From the NCBI GenBank assembly GCA_951406725.2, contig OX597816.1:67394001-67458000 (forward strand): a stretch of 64,000 nucleotides of DNA, read 5' to 3'. This DNA comes from Octopus vulgaris. Its lineage: Eukaryota. This document shows positions 1-12,380 of this stretch, piece after piece (within the stretch, counting starts at the first letter, position 1; every line of letters starts with the position of its first letter). A program made the position numbers and the translations under genes. A model generated the notes under the pieces. That model saw nothing but the letters and a program-made list of their open reading frames with translations. It did not search any database and was not told where the DNA came from.

Positions 1-329
1 TAATTTTTGTCATGGTGCCATGGCAGAGTTAAACATGAATATCTACTGACAGATATCAAAATGTTCTGAAGATCATGATATTCATTATTATCCTTTTAAA
101 TTCATTCATTTTTTTCTGCTAGTGTGAAAGGCTCTCAGAACACCTTAACATCTTACTAGTCTTAGTGGTACATTATCCTATTAACTCGGGAATAATCTCA
201 ATGCTTTTTTCCGAAAAATATGTTGGAAATATAAATTATTTCAATAACACCTGCATTTGACTCCATTTCATAATTTATTCAGGTTATACAAAAACATTTC
301 ACTTAACCCTGAAACTTCTTCCTTTATAA

Positions 330-507
330 GTAGGGGATTGTACAGCTCTTACCAACTACTCATCTATCTCCAGTTTCCATATTGACCACCATATAAGAGA
401 TCCGGGGACCCTGTCAAAGGCTTTCTCCAAGTCAACAAAAGCTAAGTACAGAGGTTTATCTTTAGTTAGATATTTCTTCTGCAGTTGCCTTACCCCAGAA
501 ATATAGC
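330..507 (-). mobile_element. Decayed RTE-type LINE reverse transcriptase fragment
   Basis: Minus translation VRQLQKKYLTKDKPLYLAFVDLEKAFDRVPGSLIWW with frameshift and stop. Confidence 0.85.
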
Positions 508-1278
508 AAATAAGTCCAACAAATATGACCCCACATGGTTTCCATTTCGTTATTTCGTTTTATTCACAAGACTTTGTAGAAGACATTTGACCACGTGCTG
601 CCTAGTGGGATCAAACCTGAAACCATGTAACTGAGAAGCAAACATCTACTAACCACATGGCCAAGTCCAAAACGGAGAAAAAGAAGAAGAAAAAACTGAA
701 GTTGTACTGGATGTTCTGGTGTAGTTAATACAAGCAGCCAGAAATTACTTGAAAGACTTGCTGGAAGATGCAGATAAGTTCTGTGAGTCACATGACACAC
801 TTATAAATTGGGAGTGGAAGTATAAAATAGTACAATCAGTAGTTAGAGCTTGAAGCAAAAAGGAGTTTAATGGGATGCTAATATTTAACAACAGAGATAT
901 TCTCTTTGGTAAACTAAGCAAAAAAAAACTATAGGTTTTACATTGCATGATAGTGAAACACAGACAATAAATTTAATGGATGTATATGATTGAAGAGAAA
1001 CAAGTTGGGTATGAACAACCATTTATATAAAATATATACCTAGTAGGAATGTTGGGTCAAGATGTGAAGGAGTTAATAATGTAAACCAATATACATACAG
1101 AGGAGGTAAGTAATGAATGATGCAGACCAGATGAAAAGTAAAGCAACAAAAGATCTGAATGGAATAATCAGATTTTACTCTAGAGCATTTGAGCTGATAG
1201 AACATGGATTAATGTTGTATGATAATTTCTGTCATCATGAATAAAGTCTTTTAAAAATAATGACGGTAATTTACTTAC

Positions 1279-1440
1279 ATTTTTTCAATAAGATCTTTCT
1301 CATCTAGGGCTCTGGGCAAATCTCGTTTGTTTCCCAACACCAACACAGGAATACCCTGTAATTGTGGCTTGTCTAGTAAATTATGCAACTCATTTCTTGA
1401 TGCCTCCGTCTTCTCCAGGTCAGCGGCATCTACCATATAA
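1279..1440 (-). CDS. ARL8: ARL8 next coding exon: (V)[53 protein letters not shown](M)
   Basis: Manual translation (absent from ORF track) contains the G4 motif NKRD. Acceptor ttaattctAG at 1442-1441, donor GTAAGT at 1278-1273. Phase joins the 23347 exon in frame (GT|T TAT). 162 nt. Confidence 0.96.
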
Positions 1441-2159
1441 CTAGAATTAAATACAAACTAAGTTAAAGCAGCAAAAACACAAAAACAAATACATATTTTC
1501 AAAAAATTAATACACAAACACACTAGAACTTCTGAAGTATGGTATACAAGAATATTTTATTTTGGTATTTGGTTTGCAAAATTCTTGATGTGACTTGTGC
1601 ATTGAAACCTATTTTGCTATTTCTTGGGAGGATCATTTAACCAATTGACAAATAAAAACAGAGAACTGAAATAGAACCTGTGCAAGTGTTTATTATTGGC
1701 ATAGTGACCCTACTGCAATACAAATAGAAAAAGGTATTCAAGAAATCTTTTAGTTGTATCTACACTACCTTCCAACCAATATTTCTATTAGTCATTTTCA
1801 GGTGGTGTATTTTTAATGAAATATTTCCTCTGCATCTATTTAGGGATTTTTATTACTCACAGGGTTCATATTCTCTGATCCACTGTTCAACTGTCATGCA
1901 AGACTGCACTATTTGAATCACTTTGATGTTTTTAAAATCAAAATTGAAATCTCACACACTAAACCTGAATAACAGAAACTTCAAGAGTTTGTCAAGTCTG
2001 TCTCCTCTCCTCAGTGCAGTTTAATATCTTCCTGGAAAACATGTAAGATACAATATAACCTGCTTTTCCTTTGGAGGATGAAGGTAACTCTAAAGTCCCC
2101 AATATTTCTCGATTACAAGTTATATACTTTAATTATTAAGTGAATACCCCTCATTCATT

Positions 2160-2627
2160 GGACAATAACCCTTGCATGTGAAGACCTACTGAGGCAAGTG
2201 AAATCAAAATTGTTGACATGGCCAATAACAATACCACCTGATTGGCACTCGTGCCAGTGGAACATTAAAAGCATATCCGAGCGTGATTGTTGCCAGGGCC
2301 ATGGATTGGCTCCCATGCCGGTGACATGAAAAGTACCATTCAAGCGTGGTCATTGCTTGTGCCGCTGGACTGGTACCCATGCAGGTAGCATGTAAAAACA
2401 CCTTTTGAGTGTGGTCGTTGCCAGGACCGCCTGACTGGCCCTCGTGCTGCTGGCATGTAAAAGCACCCACTACACTCTCGGAGTGGTTGGCATTAGGAAG
2501 AGCATCCAGCTGTAGAAACTTTGCCAGATCAGATAGGAGCCTGGTGCAGCCTCTGGCTCACCAGTTCTCAGTCAAACCATCCAACCCATGCCAGCATGGA
2601 AAGCAGACATTAAACGATGATGATGAT
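2160..2627 (+). mobile_element. RTE LINE 3' UTR, 5'-truncated, (GAT)n tail
   Basis: Matches the 3' UTR downstream of the RT ORF at 48166-49749 (gcacgtaaaaagcacccactacact...cccatgctagcatgga...gatgatgat). Confidence 0.85.
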
Positions 2628-3570
2628 AAATATTCTAGATAAGATCCATAAATCTTATCAAACTGTAAAAGCATCAGCCAATGTGGGAGTCTATATGCAG
2701 TTGCTTGACTTGCAAGAAATAGTTGTTAGATCTCCTTAAAATAATACCCCACCTTCTTAGAAAAAAAATGTGGTCTTGAGTTCTCTGCATATTGGAAAAA
2801 AGATGGAATAGACACACTTGAATGCTTTTGATCTGAGCTGACTGGGGCTAAACAACTATAGAAACTGTTCAATTCTTATGGTTCCTCTTACTGATAAGTT
2901 CTATTAATACTGCAACAATCTTTAAAAGATTACTGTAACCTATCAGACAGCAAAGAGTGACTCCTGACTATGTTACTAGTAAATAAATCAATGACTATAA
3001 CTTAGATTCCAACACGGAGGTTAAGATCTTCTGAGCAGAGTACATATATTTAAACAATTTTTTTATTTACAGTTTTTCAGATTGGCAGAAAGAAGACTTG
3101 GTTAAAATGCTTGCAACAGAGACTACTTTGCTAAAGCCTCCTCCCACCACCACCTCTGGGCCAGGTGACCTAAGTTTATCACAAAAAAAAAAAAAAATTA
3201 AAGATAGTAAGGTAAAAAAAAAAAAAAGCTGAAGGGGATTAGGCAGTTCATTGTTGCAGATTAGACATGTTAATTAAACGATCCTCCCCCAACAGAGGAA
3301 TGTTTTATATGAAACAAAAGATTTGTAGCTTGTTCTGCTGACTACCTGGTAACACTAAATCAGAGTTGATTGGAAGCAACATGGTAACTGTGAAAACATC
3401 AACAATAGATTTTCATATACACAGCAAAGATAATTTCTAGATGATGTAACAGTGAATCTTATAAGTTTTATGAAAAGAATAAAAATTCTACTTGTACAAC
3501 TTCAAAGAATATGTTATGTAAGAGATTATAAAATTTCTAAATACTGGCAAAAACAGAAGATATATATATA

Positions 3571-3758
3571 GGGAGAGTTTACGAAAAAAAACAAAAGACG
3601 AAGACAGGTGGTGTACAAAACAAACAGATGTATTAGTATAACGCTCAGGAATAGAAAAAGTCTTTTACGTTTCGAGCCTACGCTCTTCTACAGAAAGGGA
3701 CACAGAAACAACAAGGAGAGAAAAAATGTATGCAGTGGCTAACGATCTATCATGGCGA

Positions 3759-3761
<3 letters not shown>
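3571..3761 (-). mobile_element. Short insert between (TA)n tracts with hammerhead-like motif (Penelope pLTR-like remnant)
   Basis: Flanked by TA runs. Minus strand reads cttt-CTGTAGA-A-GAGC(gtag)GCTC-GAAA-cg-TA-aaag. Confidence 0.6.
3662..3697 (-). ncRNA. Minimal type-I hammerhead-like motif (A6>U core variant)
   Basis: Stem I cttt/aaag, stem II GAGC/GCTC, GAAA, palindromic ACGT stem III, GUA cleavage triplet. Core is CUGUAGA rather than CUGANGA. Confidence 0.55.
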
Positions 3762-3819
<58 letters not shown>

Positions 3820-3884
3820 CATGACTATATATATACAAATGTTATGACTAGACACAGCAACAAAAAATGAGTTGTTAAAATTCT

Positions 3885-4334
3885 TTGAGGAGACCTGTTG
3901 AGTCAAGTACATGAACATCGAAATAAATATCAATGGAAATAGTAGTTGTGATACCTGTGCTGGTGGCACATAAAAAGCACCATCCGAACATGGCGGTCGC
4001 CAGCGCCGCCTCGACTGGCTTCTGTGCTGGTGGCACATAAAAAGCACTATCCGAACGTGGCCAATGCCAGCGCTGCCTTGGCTGGCCTCCGTGCCGGTGG
4101 CACGTTAAAAGCACCAACCGATCGTGGCCGATGCCGGACTCCCCTGGCACCTGTGCAGGTGGCACGTAAAAAGCACCCACTACACTCGCGGAGTGGTTGG
4201 CGTTAGGAAGGGCATCCAGTTGCAGAAACACTGCCAGATCAGACTGGAGCCTGGGGCAGCCCCTGGCTTCCCAGACCCCGGTCGAACCGTCCAACCTGTG
4301 CTAGCATGGAAAACGGACGTTAAACGATGATGAT
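3885..4334 (+). mobile_element. RTE LINE 3' UTR with internal ~55-60 bp tandem units
   Basis: Same tail family; ends taaacgatgatgat. Confidence 0.85.
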
Positions 4335-4744
4335 CTTGTAGATAGAAAGAATTGAGCTAAAAAGATTGACTTAAATGAGAAGCATATATGAAAATACAAC
4401 CTATGAGATTGACTCATTTATACAATCAAAAGTAAATAGTCAGCTTAATCAGAGTTAATCTTGGATTTAACAACAGTATTTTCATTCAAGAATAACAGTT
4501 GTTATAATATTTTAGGTATATTTTTTAACTATTTCTTATTCTAGTATATGTGGCATGAGTTCTGTAAATCTGAATATTAATAGGGTATGTTTTATTTACA
4601 TGTGTATGTCATTCAACATAAAAACTTGGTCGGTGTAGGAATTGAACCTCTTTGTCAGCCAGCCAAACTGAAATAAGCAGCAGTTTATTAACCCCAAATA
4701 AGCCTTGATCAGAGAGGTATGTGACCCTGAAGTCTTTCTACTAT

Positions 4745-5071
4745 ATAGTGCTAGTGCATGCATATACAGCTGCGTGCGTGTGCAGCTGTAAATCTCCGAC
4801 CAATCTCATACAGCTAGCTGGCATTCAATTGGCGTATCAAGTTTCGGGCATTTTGATTGGGTTTTGGATAGAAAATTCACAAAAAAGTCATTTCTATTGA
4901 TTTTTTAATGGCTTTGCGGGGTGACTGGGGAAATGTAAAGATGTGCACAACCACCCTTGATGATTTTGAATGACTATAGAAAGTGCAAGCCATCTAACTG
5001 AAAAATTGTGGATTTGTATAAAGGACACACACACACACAGACAGATATTTTGCTGTTTATATATAGAGAGA
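4745..5071 (-). mobile_element. Non-autonomous Helitron, 3'-truncated copy
   Basis: Highly similar to 57273-57637; 5' TC-tctatatataaa start on minus strand. Confidence 0.7.
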
Positions 5072-5611
5072 TTTGGGACTACAATATCCAAGACAGCAAG
5101 GTATGATTTGAAAGAGGTTTGGATGCTATTTCTAGCAAGTTGTTTTTGAAGCACAATTATGTATGTTGCTCTAGTGAACGTTGACAATATTCAAAGATGA
5201 CAATAATAATAATTTGAACTGGTAACAATATTGTCAACAGTAATCCTATATTATAACCTCACAGCCATTGCACTACTCCAGTTTACAATATTATCGTTAT
5301 TTATCAAACACACTAACTTCTAGCTGGCAACAGCCTAGACTGTGTGTACTCTACAGAGTAGTGATAACTGATGTAAATATGACTAATAATGATTTTTTTT
5401 TTTACTCAAGTCACAAGGCCGTAGGTTTTATTGAAGCATAAGAATGTAAGTTGCAATATCCAAGCCTACCTTCAGAAAAGTGACAGTAGAAGTGAACTGA
5501 AATAGCTTTAATGAAAATCAAATCTTCAGATTTAAGCGATGTTTAAACAGTTTTAATAAACACTTGGTAAGAAGTGAGTAATATTGGAAAGTTGTGTTTT
5601 GCTCACCAAAA

Positions 5612-5988
5612 GCTCTGTATGGTAAGTAGCTTGATTATGAACCACATTGTTCTGGGTTCAGTCCCACTGCGTGGAACCTTGGGCAAGTGTCTTCTACTAT
5701 AGCCTCGGGCCGACCAAAGCCTTGTGAGTGGATTTGGTAAACGGAAACTGAAAGAAGCCCGTTGTATATATGTATGTGTGTGTATATGTTTGTGTGTCTG
5801 TGTTTGTCCCCTGAACATTGCTTCACAACTGATGCTGGTGTGTTTACATTCCTGTAACTTAGCAGTTCGGCAAAAGAGATCAATATAATAAGTACTAGGC
5901 TTCCAAAGAATAAGTCCTGGGGTCGATTTGCTCGACTAAAGGCAGTGCTCCAGCATGGCCACAGTCACATGACTGAAAAGAGTAAAAG
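5612..5988 (+). mobile_element. tRNA-derived SINE family A (internal TA/TG microsatellite)
   Basis: Head with A-box/B-box-like tggtaag...ggttcagtccc; tail gactgaaa..agtaaaag; many copies in window. Confidence 0.85.
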
Positions 5989-7765
5989 CTATATCGAAAG
6001 CTTCTACTTTCAGAGGAATAGCCAGGACTTCTATATTTTACCATGAATACCAAACAGTAAAAGAAAAACTCCTGTGAGTCAAATAAATATGATGAGTACA
6101 AACTGAATATTATTCCAGAAATAATGAACTATTAACAGTCTTATTTCGAGAAGTTGTACATTGGAAAGGCTGACAGCTGTTTCCTCTCTAAGTAAACAAC
6201 AAACCATAAAAATACATCACCACTTAATCAAGAACAAGCAACAACTCGACAGATAATCAATACCAATGAATAATAAAAACAAAAATGAAAAAAAAAAAAT
6301 GAAGAAAATTAAAATAGAAAAAATACAACAAAAACTCACAAGATCTGTGATAAAAATCCATGTAACAAATAGTTACTGGAATAAAATAGTTTTAATTAAA
6401 CCCTCCACCATCCCACCAAAATAACATAATTGAAATGATATTTGTTTTTTGGTGTTTATTGCTTATGGAACAAGAATGAAATGTTTATTGATTTCATAAC
6501 TGATCATATAATAGAGTGGTGACTCAACACAGATTGTATTCTAGGGTAATGATCAAAGTATATCAATAAAATGACGTAGTTTATGAGTACACATGATTGC
6601 TCCTGGAATAAAACTCTACTTCTTATTACTAAGTATAACATGTTCACAGAGGGAAGCAGTTTTATTGGGATTCACAAACTAGATGATGTGAAGAATATAA
6701 CACTGGTTTAATATTCTAAGTTGTATGTCAGACTGGACTTTAAAAATAAAAATGATTTTGTTGGTTAAAAATATCAGCATCTTTCTTTATAGCTTTTGGA
6801 GAGAAAAATCTTCCATTTTCTTAATGTGACCCACGTGGAAATAAAAACAGCCTTAATCATTATTTAATTTTGATTTTTGATCATACTGCACAAAGTGGTT
6901 TTAAAGGCATTGCACTATGAATTTAAAAAGTCACATGCCAAAGTAAATTTGACAAAATCAACCGGGAAATGGGGGGCTGCTTTAAACACACTTTTAACAC
7001 GCTTTCATCATAATTTACATAAGACCCATTCTGTTAAGATTCAAACACCAGCTTCAAGAAAAGTGAACTAAATCCTAAATTCTTGATTATTTTCAATTTA
7101 CATTAATTACATCAGAAATATTCTTAGGGAATTTCACACTACTTTGAAATACCTTACTTAAATGTTCTAGTTTAACAGATCACATAATAGTTAAATCTAT
7201 TTCCTGGTAAAATTTTAAAATGTCAATGAAGTATAGCTTTGACACTGTTTGAAGTTTTACTTTTGGCAATCAGTTTAGTATTTTTTTTTTCTTTTTTCCC
7301 CTCCAGGGCCTCTGAAATTGTTGGGAGAAAGGTAGGAAGTTATCTTCAAAAAGAGACTTGTCCCAATCACTTGCAACAGAGCAAACTCTGCTAAAAACAC
7401 CAACGATCTACAAAGAGCAGGAACAAATTCTGCAAAGTATTCTTGCCAAACGTTAACAATTTGGTCCAGTAGTTTATTTTAATGATTCCAAATTGATGAA
7501 AGGCAAAACTATCACAAGGGATATCACAATCCTTTTGTCAAAGATGCTCTTACTGATGAGCATAAGTGGACACTAACACCATGTTCTTAAAGTGTCATCA
7601 AAACTTATATTTAACCTCCAACTGTCACAAAATCCTAATAAAAACAAGGCTATAACGAGACTATTTTTGTTTTGTACTTATTAATAAGGCTAGCCCTCAT
7701 TTGTTCATCTGTCCTTTTGTTTTATTTCCATTTTTACTTGCTAGCATGGGTTAGATGAATATGTA

Positions 7766-7971
7766 TTGGCACCTGTGCAGGTGGCACGTAAAAAGCACCC
7801 ACTACACTCACGGAGTGGTTGGCGTTAGGAAGGGCATCCAGCTGTAGAAACATTGCCAGATTAGACTGGAGCCTGGTGCAGCCTTCTGGCTTCCCAGAAC
7901 CCCGGTCGAACCGTCCAATCCATGCTAGCATGGAGAACGGACGTTAAACGACGACGATGATGATGATGATG
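7766..7971 (+). mobile_element. RTE LINE 3' end
   Basis: Tail family match with (GAT)n. Confidence 0.85.
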
Positions 7972-8190
7972 AAGCATTAAAAGTGGAATGCCCTTCCTGT
8001 CATTAACCGTTACCTTGTTTAACAGTTAAATTTTTTTTTCTTTTCACTCATCTTTAAAGCACAAAGCTAGAAGATGACCTTTTTGACAGGTAATGTCAAC
8101 ACAATGCCACTAATTGGTAAGCTCAGAATTTTTATGCACAGAGTGTAAAGATTCACAAAGAACAGACACAACAGGCTTCCATACAGTTTC

Positions 8191-8420
8191 TTATTTCTTT
8201 ATTGCCCAGAAGGGGCTAAACGTAGAGGGAACAAACAAGGTCAGACAAAGGGATTAAGTCGATTATATTGACCCCAGTGCGTAACTGGTACTTAATTTAT
8301 CGACCCCAAAAGGATGAAAGGCAAAGTTGACCGTGGCAGAATTTGAACTCAGAACATAGCAGCAGACGAAATACTGCTAAGCATTTCACCTGGTGGGCTA
8401 ACGTTTCTGCCAGCTCACCG
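8191..8420 (-). mobile_element. tRNA-derived SINE family B nested in an older family A copy
   Basis: Reverse complement of the 8917-9135 family; flanked by the repeated atacagtttc target sequence. Confidence 0.85.
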
Positions 8421-8916
8421 TCCTATACAGTTTCTGCCCACCAATTTTATTCACATGGTATTGGACAGTCCAGAGCTATAGAAGACAGTTGCCCAAGGTG
8501 CTGCATAGCAGGACAGAACCCAAAGCTGTGTGGTTGCAAAGCAAAAATCTTAACCACACAGTGATGTCTAACTACAAACAGACACAAGTAAACAGTTAGT
8601 GATTAACTTACGTATACATATTACGCATGTGAAATCTGAGATAGCTCACAAGATCACATGCATATTTTATGTGTATGTGTGATACTAAGATGCAGTAAAA
8701 AACAAGTGAATCACTAACTGTTTACATATAAACTAAACATTGTATTGAATGCAGGTTTTGTACATATAAACACACATTTTATATCAAGCACTTTGTAGAC
8801 AATAGTGTTAGTTACAAATTTCCAACATGTCAATCACTAATTTACAATGGCAAAAATGACCACAGAATGCCTGTGTAACTCTAGAGTAATAACTACAAGG
8901 TATATTTGTTTGAAAG

Positions 8917-9135
8917 GCGGCGAGCTGGCAGAAACGTTAGCGCACCGGGCGAACTGTGTAGCCGTATTTCGTCTGCCGTTACGTTCTGAGCTCAAATTCC
9001 GCCAAGGTCGACTTTGCCTTTCATCCTTTCAGGGTCGATAAATTAAGTACCAGTTATGCACTGGGGTTGATGTAATAGACTTACTCCGTTTGTCTGTCCT
9101 TGTTTATCCTCTCTGTGTTTAGTAAGTAAAGAAAT
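8917..9135 (+). mobile_element. tRNA-derived SINE family B (Nin/Deu-like core) with 19-bp TSD
   Basis: gagctggcagaaacgttagc head, core gcctttcatcctttc.gggtcgataaattaagtaccag; aggtatatttgtttgaaag at both 8898-8916 and 9136-9154. Confidence 0.88.
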
Positions 9136-10794
9136 AGGTATATTTGTTTGAAAGCATCAGTTTACCACTTTTATAGCTGTGTACATTTTTCACTAACACA
9201 CACACAAACAAACACACAGACATGACAGACTTCTGTACAATTTTCATCTGCAGAACCATGTTCATAAGAAATTAACCAACTCCAGGCACTTGCCTGAAGG
9301 TCTATGCAAAAGAATTGAACTCAGAACCATGTGGCTGTGAAGGTTAACTTTTTATCATGCTGCCATACTTGTACCTATAGCCTTCTATACCAAGTAATAA
9401 CTGGCTGAGACTAGTATACACAAAGAATTTACATCTGTCTATACATAACAATAGCTCACAATCTATAGATATATTCTGAAGTACTGTACAGCTTTATAAC
9501 ATTGTTAATGAACTAGTATTTTTTAAAATTCAAATTAGTTGTTATGACTCATATATGCAAATTGGTCTTTCCAATTTAATTAAGCATTTAGAGAAATCTT
9601 ATAAGCACTATCTTCATAGACACTAGAAACAATCAACAAAGGTTCTTAGTTACTGCTGAAATCTCAACAAAGGATTGAAACTAGTCTGGTTGATTCCTCT
9701 TTTTCTGTTCATGAAGATACTAAATACACCAACAAAGTATTTGGTTGGCCTTTTTTGTCGTTTGTTGACAGTATTGCTGAACCAGTAACTTAGCCATCTC
9801 TGCTGTGTCTGGGGTGTTTCCAGAAGCAAGTACCTGACTCCAAGTACACTTATGACCTTTCCACTCACAGAAAGGAAAGACAAGTCAATACATTTGCACC
9901 AACAATGGAGCTGTAGAGGATGCCAAATAATGGTTAAGTATGACTGCACATATCTATCTTAGGGTTCCTCCCTACAGATTTTCTGTAGGGGTTTACTTCC
10001 CTTAGCCCTTTTAAACTGTTCAGTAAATTAGCTCACAAAGCAGCAGGGGTTTATTATTTTCATGGGCATGGTTTTTTACAGAGCCAGTTCAACTCTCTTG
10101 TCTGTCAAACTTGTATTAGTTTGGTAAAACAAGTACCATAAGCTCAGTAGTTATCAGAACACAGGATCTGTATTGAGTTACCCTCTCTTACATGAGCAAC
10201 TTAAGAACTGAAGAGCCTTGTCTGCCACTAGACCTAGGAATGATATTGACGAAGAGGCGGTTTCACACTCCTAAACCAGGGCTCCACTACTGGATGCAGT
10301 TTAAAGTTATACCCAGAACAAGGTGTTTGCCTCTGACTATACAATGGCTAAAGATCTATAGACGAAATTTGTAGTACAGTGCCAAATGTTTTTGGTAGAC
10401 AGAAACAGGCTAGAAGCCAGTCATGTGTATACATGTGTGTGTGTGTGTGTGTGTACTACTATTGCTTAACAACTGGCATTGGTTTGTTTATATCCCTGCA
10501 AGTGCAGCTGAAGAGACCAATGAAATACAGGCTTAATAAGTACTGGAGTTGATTTGTTAGACTAAATCCATCAAGGCAGATCCCAGCATGGCCACAGTCC
10601 AATGACTGAAGCAAGTAAAAGATAAAAGAGTTGGCCATCACTGTCTACATACATGTACTCATGCTGGAGCTTTCTCAGAAAAAACCAAATAGACTTGCAT
10701 TCTTCAAATTCAACTGATTAATGGTACATTGAAGATTTGTAAAACATTCAAAAGATTCTTAATTTAAGTTCTCAGAATGAACAAATTCACACAA

Positions 10795-11425
10795 CTGGCA
10801 TGGTGATGATGGCATATGACTATAGAGGACATGTGAAGGCCTCAAAGAAATGAAACCAGCATGCTCCAGTGGATGGTTATTGTCAGTATGCATGTATGAC
10901 AGAGTGTAAATGATTTAAGCAAAAGTTATGTATAAGTGGCATTAGATGTGCGCAAGAGAGAGGACTGTGCTGATATGGTCATGTGATGCATATGGATGAG
11001 GACAGCTGCAACAAAAAGTGCTGAAGTATAATTGTGGAGGGAACATACGGAAGAGGTAGACCCAGGAAGATGTGGGATGAAGTGGTGAGAAAAGATCTTC
11101 AGACTTTGGGCCTCAGAGGAGATGACAAATGACTAAGACTTCTGGCGGTTTGCTGTGTTTGAAAAGATACGTCAGGCTAAGTAAAATTGAGGCCGTCCGT
11201 GCACACAGGCATATCTTCTACATCCCTCTCTCAGCTAGATCCTAGTCTTACGTGCTCGTGGGTGCTGGTGCCATATACAAGTGTCCATGCCGGCGCCACG
11301 TAAAAGTGCCAGTGTCACGTTAAAAGCACCCACTATACACTGCGAAGTGATTGGTGTTAGGAAGGGCATTCAGCCGTAGAAACCATACTAAAATAGACAA
11401 ATGGAGCCTGGCAGTTTCAGCCAAA
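10795..11425 (+). mobile_element. Older RTE LINE 3' fragment (RT C-terminus and UTR)
   Basis: Decayed YGHV..MDED...VEGT.GRGRPRK.WDEVV, homologous to the 48746-49156 ORF. Confidence 0.8.
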
Positions 11426-11616
11426 TGGATATTAAATAATTATAATGATATAGACATTAGCACACGCACATACTTACAAATCTCTGGAACTGTCGTAACC
11501 TCAATGTCAATGACTGGCTTGAATACTGCGATGGACTTAGAATCTCAAAAATTAAAAACAGAAACACACACACCAGTAAAGTGGTTCAACCTCGAACAGA
11601 GATATAAATATCAAAT

Positions 11617-11796
11617 ATTTCGTCTGTCGTTTATGTTCTGAGTTCAAATTCCGCCGAGGTCGACTTTGCCTTTCATCCTTTTGGGGTCGATTAAATAAGT
11701 ACCAGTCACGCACTGGGGGTTGATGTAATCGACTTAATCCATTTGTCTGTCCTGGTTTGTCCCTTCTATGTTTAGCCCCTTGTGGGTAGTAAAGAA
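11617..11796 (+). mobile_element. SINE family B, 5'-truncated, with TSD
   Basis: ataaatatcaaatattt repeated on both sides. Confidence 0.85.
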
Positions 11797-12343
11797 ATAA
11801 ATATCAAATATTTTGAAGTGTTACTATCGCTTGATAAGGGAGTTAATTTAACAATAAAACAGTTTATTTCCCTTTTACAGGTAGCTTTTGGCAGTTCAGA
11901 AATTGTTTGGTGGGCATGTGATTAAATACGACCTAGAAGTTACAGTCCACTCAGGCACCCCTCCTCCTTTTCAAACAGCCAATAACGACATTATCCAATG
12001 TGTCTTTCCTTTAAGAGAGCGAGGCGTAATTTCAGGTTAATCTGGTTGTATTTCTACCACAAAGTCGAGCGATCATACTGGTTCCAAACTATATGTAATT
12101 TCTTTGTTAAGATATAGCCTGCTGACTCGACCTGTATATATTACTAGTGTTTATCATAATGATTGTGAAGTGATAGAAAGCATAATCTATCTCAGATGAG
12201 TTTTAATATCATGAGGGATAAGGTATTAAATTGTGAGAGTAGTGAATAAACAATTACAGATCATATCGGGAAGTACAAAATAATTGTTATAATTTGTAAT
12301 AAATCAGCGAAAAGGAATATATTTTACGAAAGTTATCTATCTA

Positions 12344-12374
<31 letters not shown>

Positions 12375-12380
<6 letters not shown>

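Noticed and set aside
1130-1175. Minus-strand SIQIFCCF resembling the next ARL8 exon (AIQDREICCYS)
   Set aside because: Lacks DRE and SISCKEKDNID and has no fitting splice sites; the true exon is probably outside the window.
3955-4180. CRISPR-like look of regularly spaced ggcacgtaaaaagcacc repeats
   Set aside because: Spacers are homologous to each other, the array is part of a eukaryotic LINE 3' UTR, and there are no cas genes.
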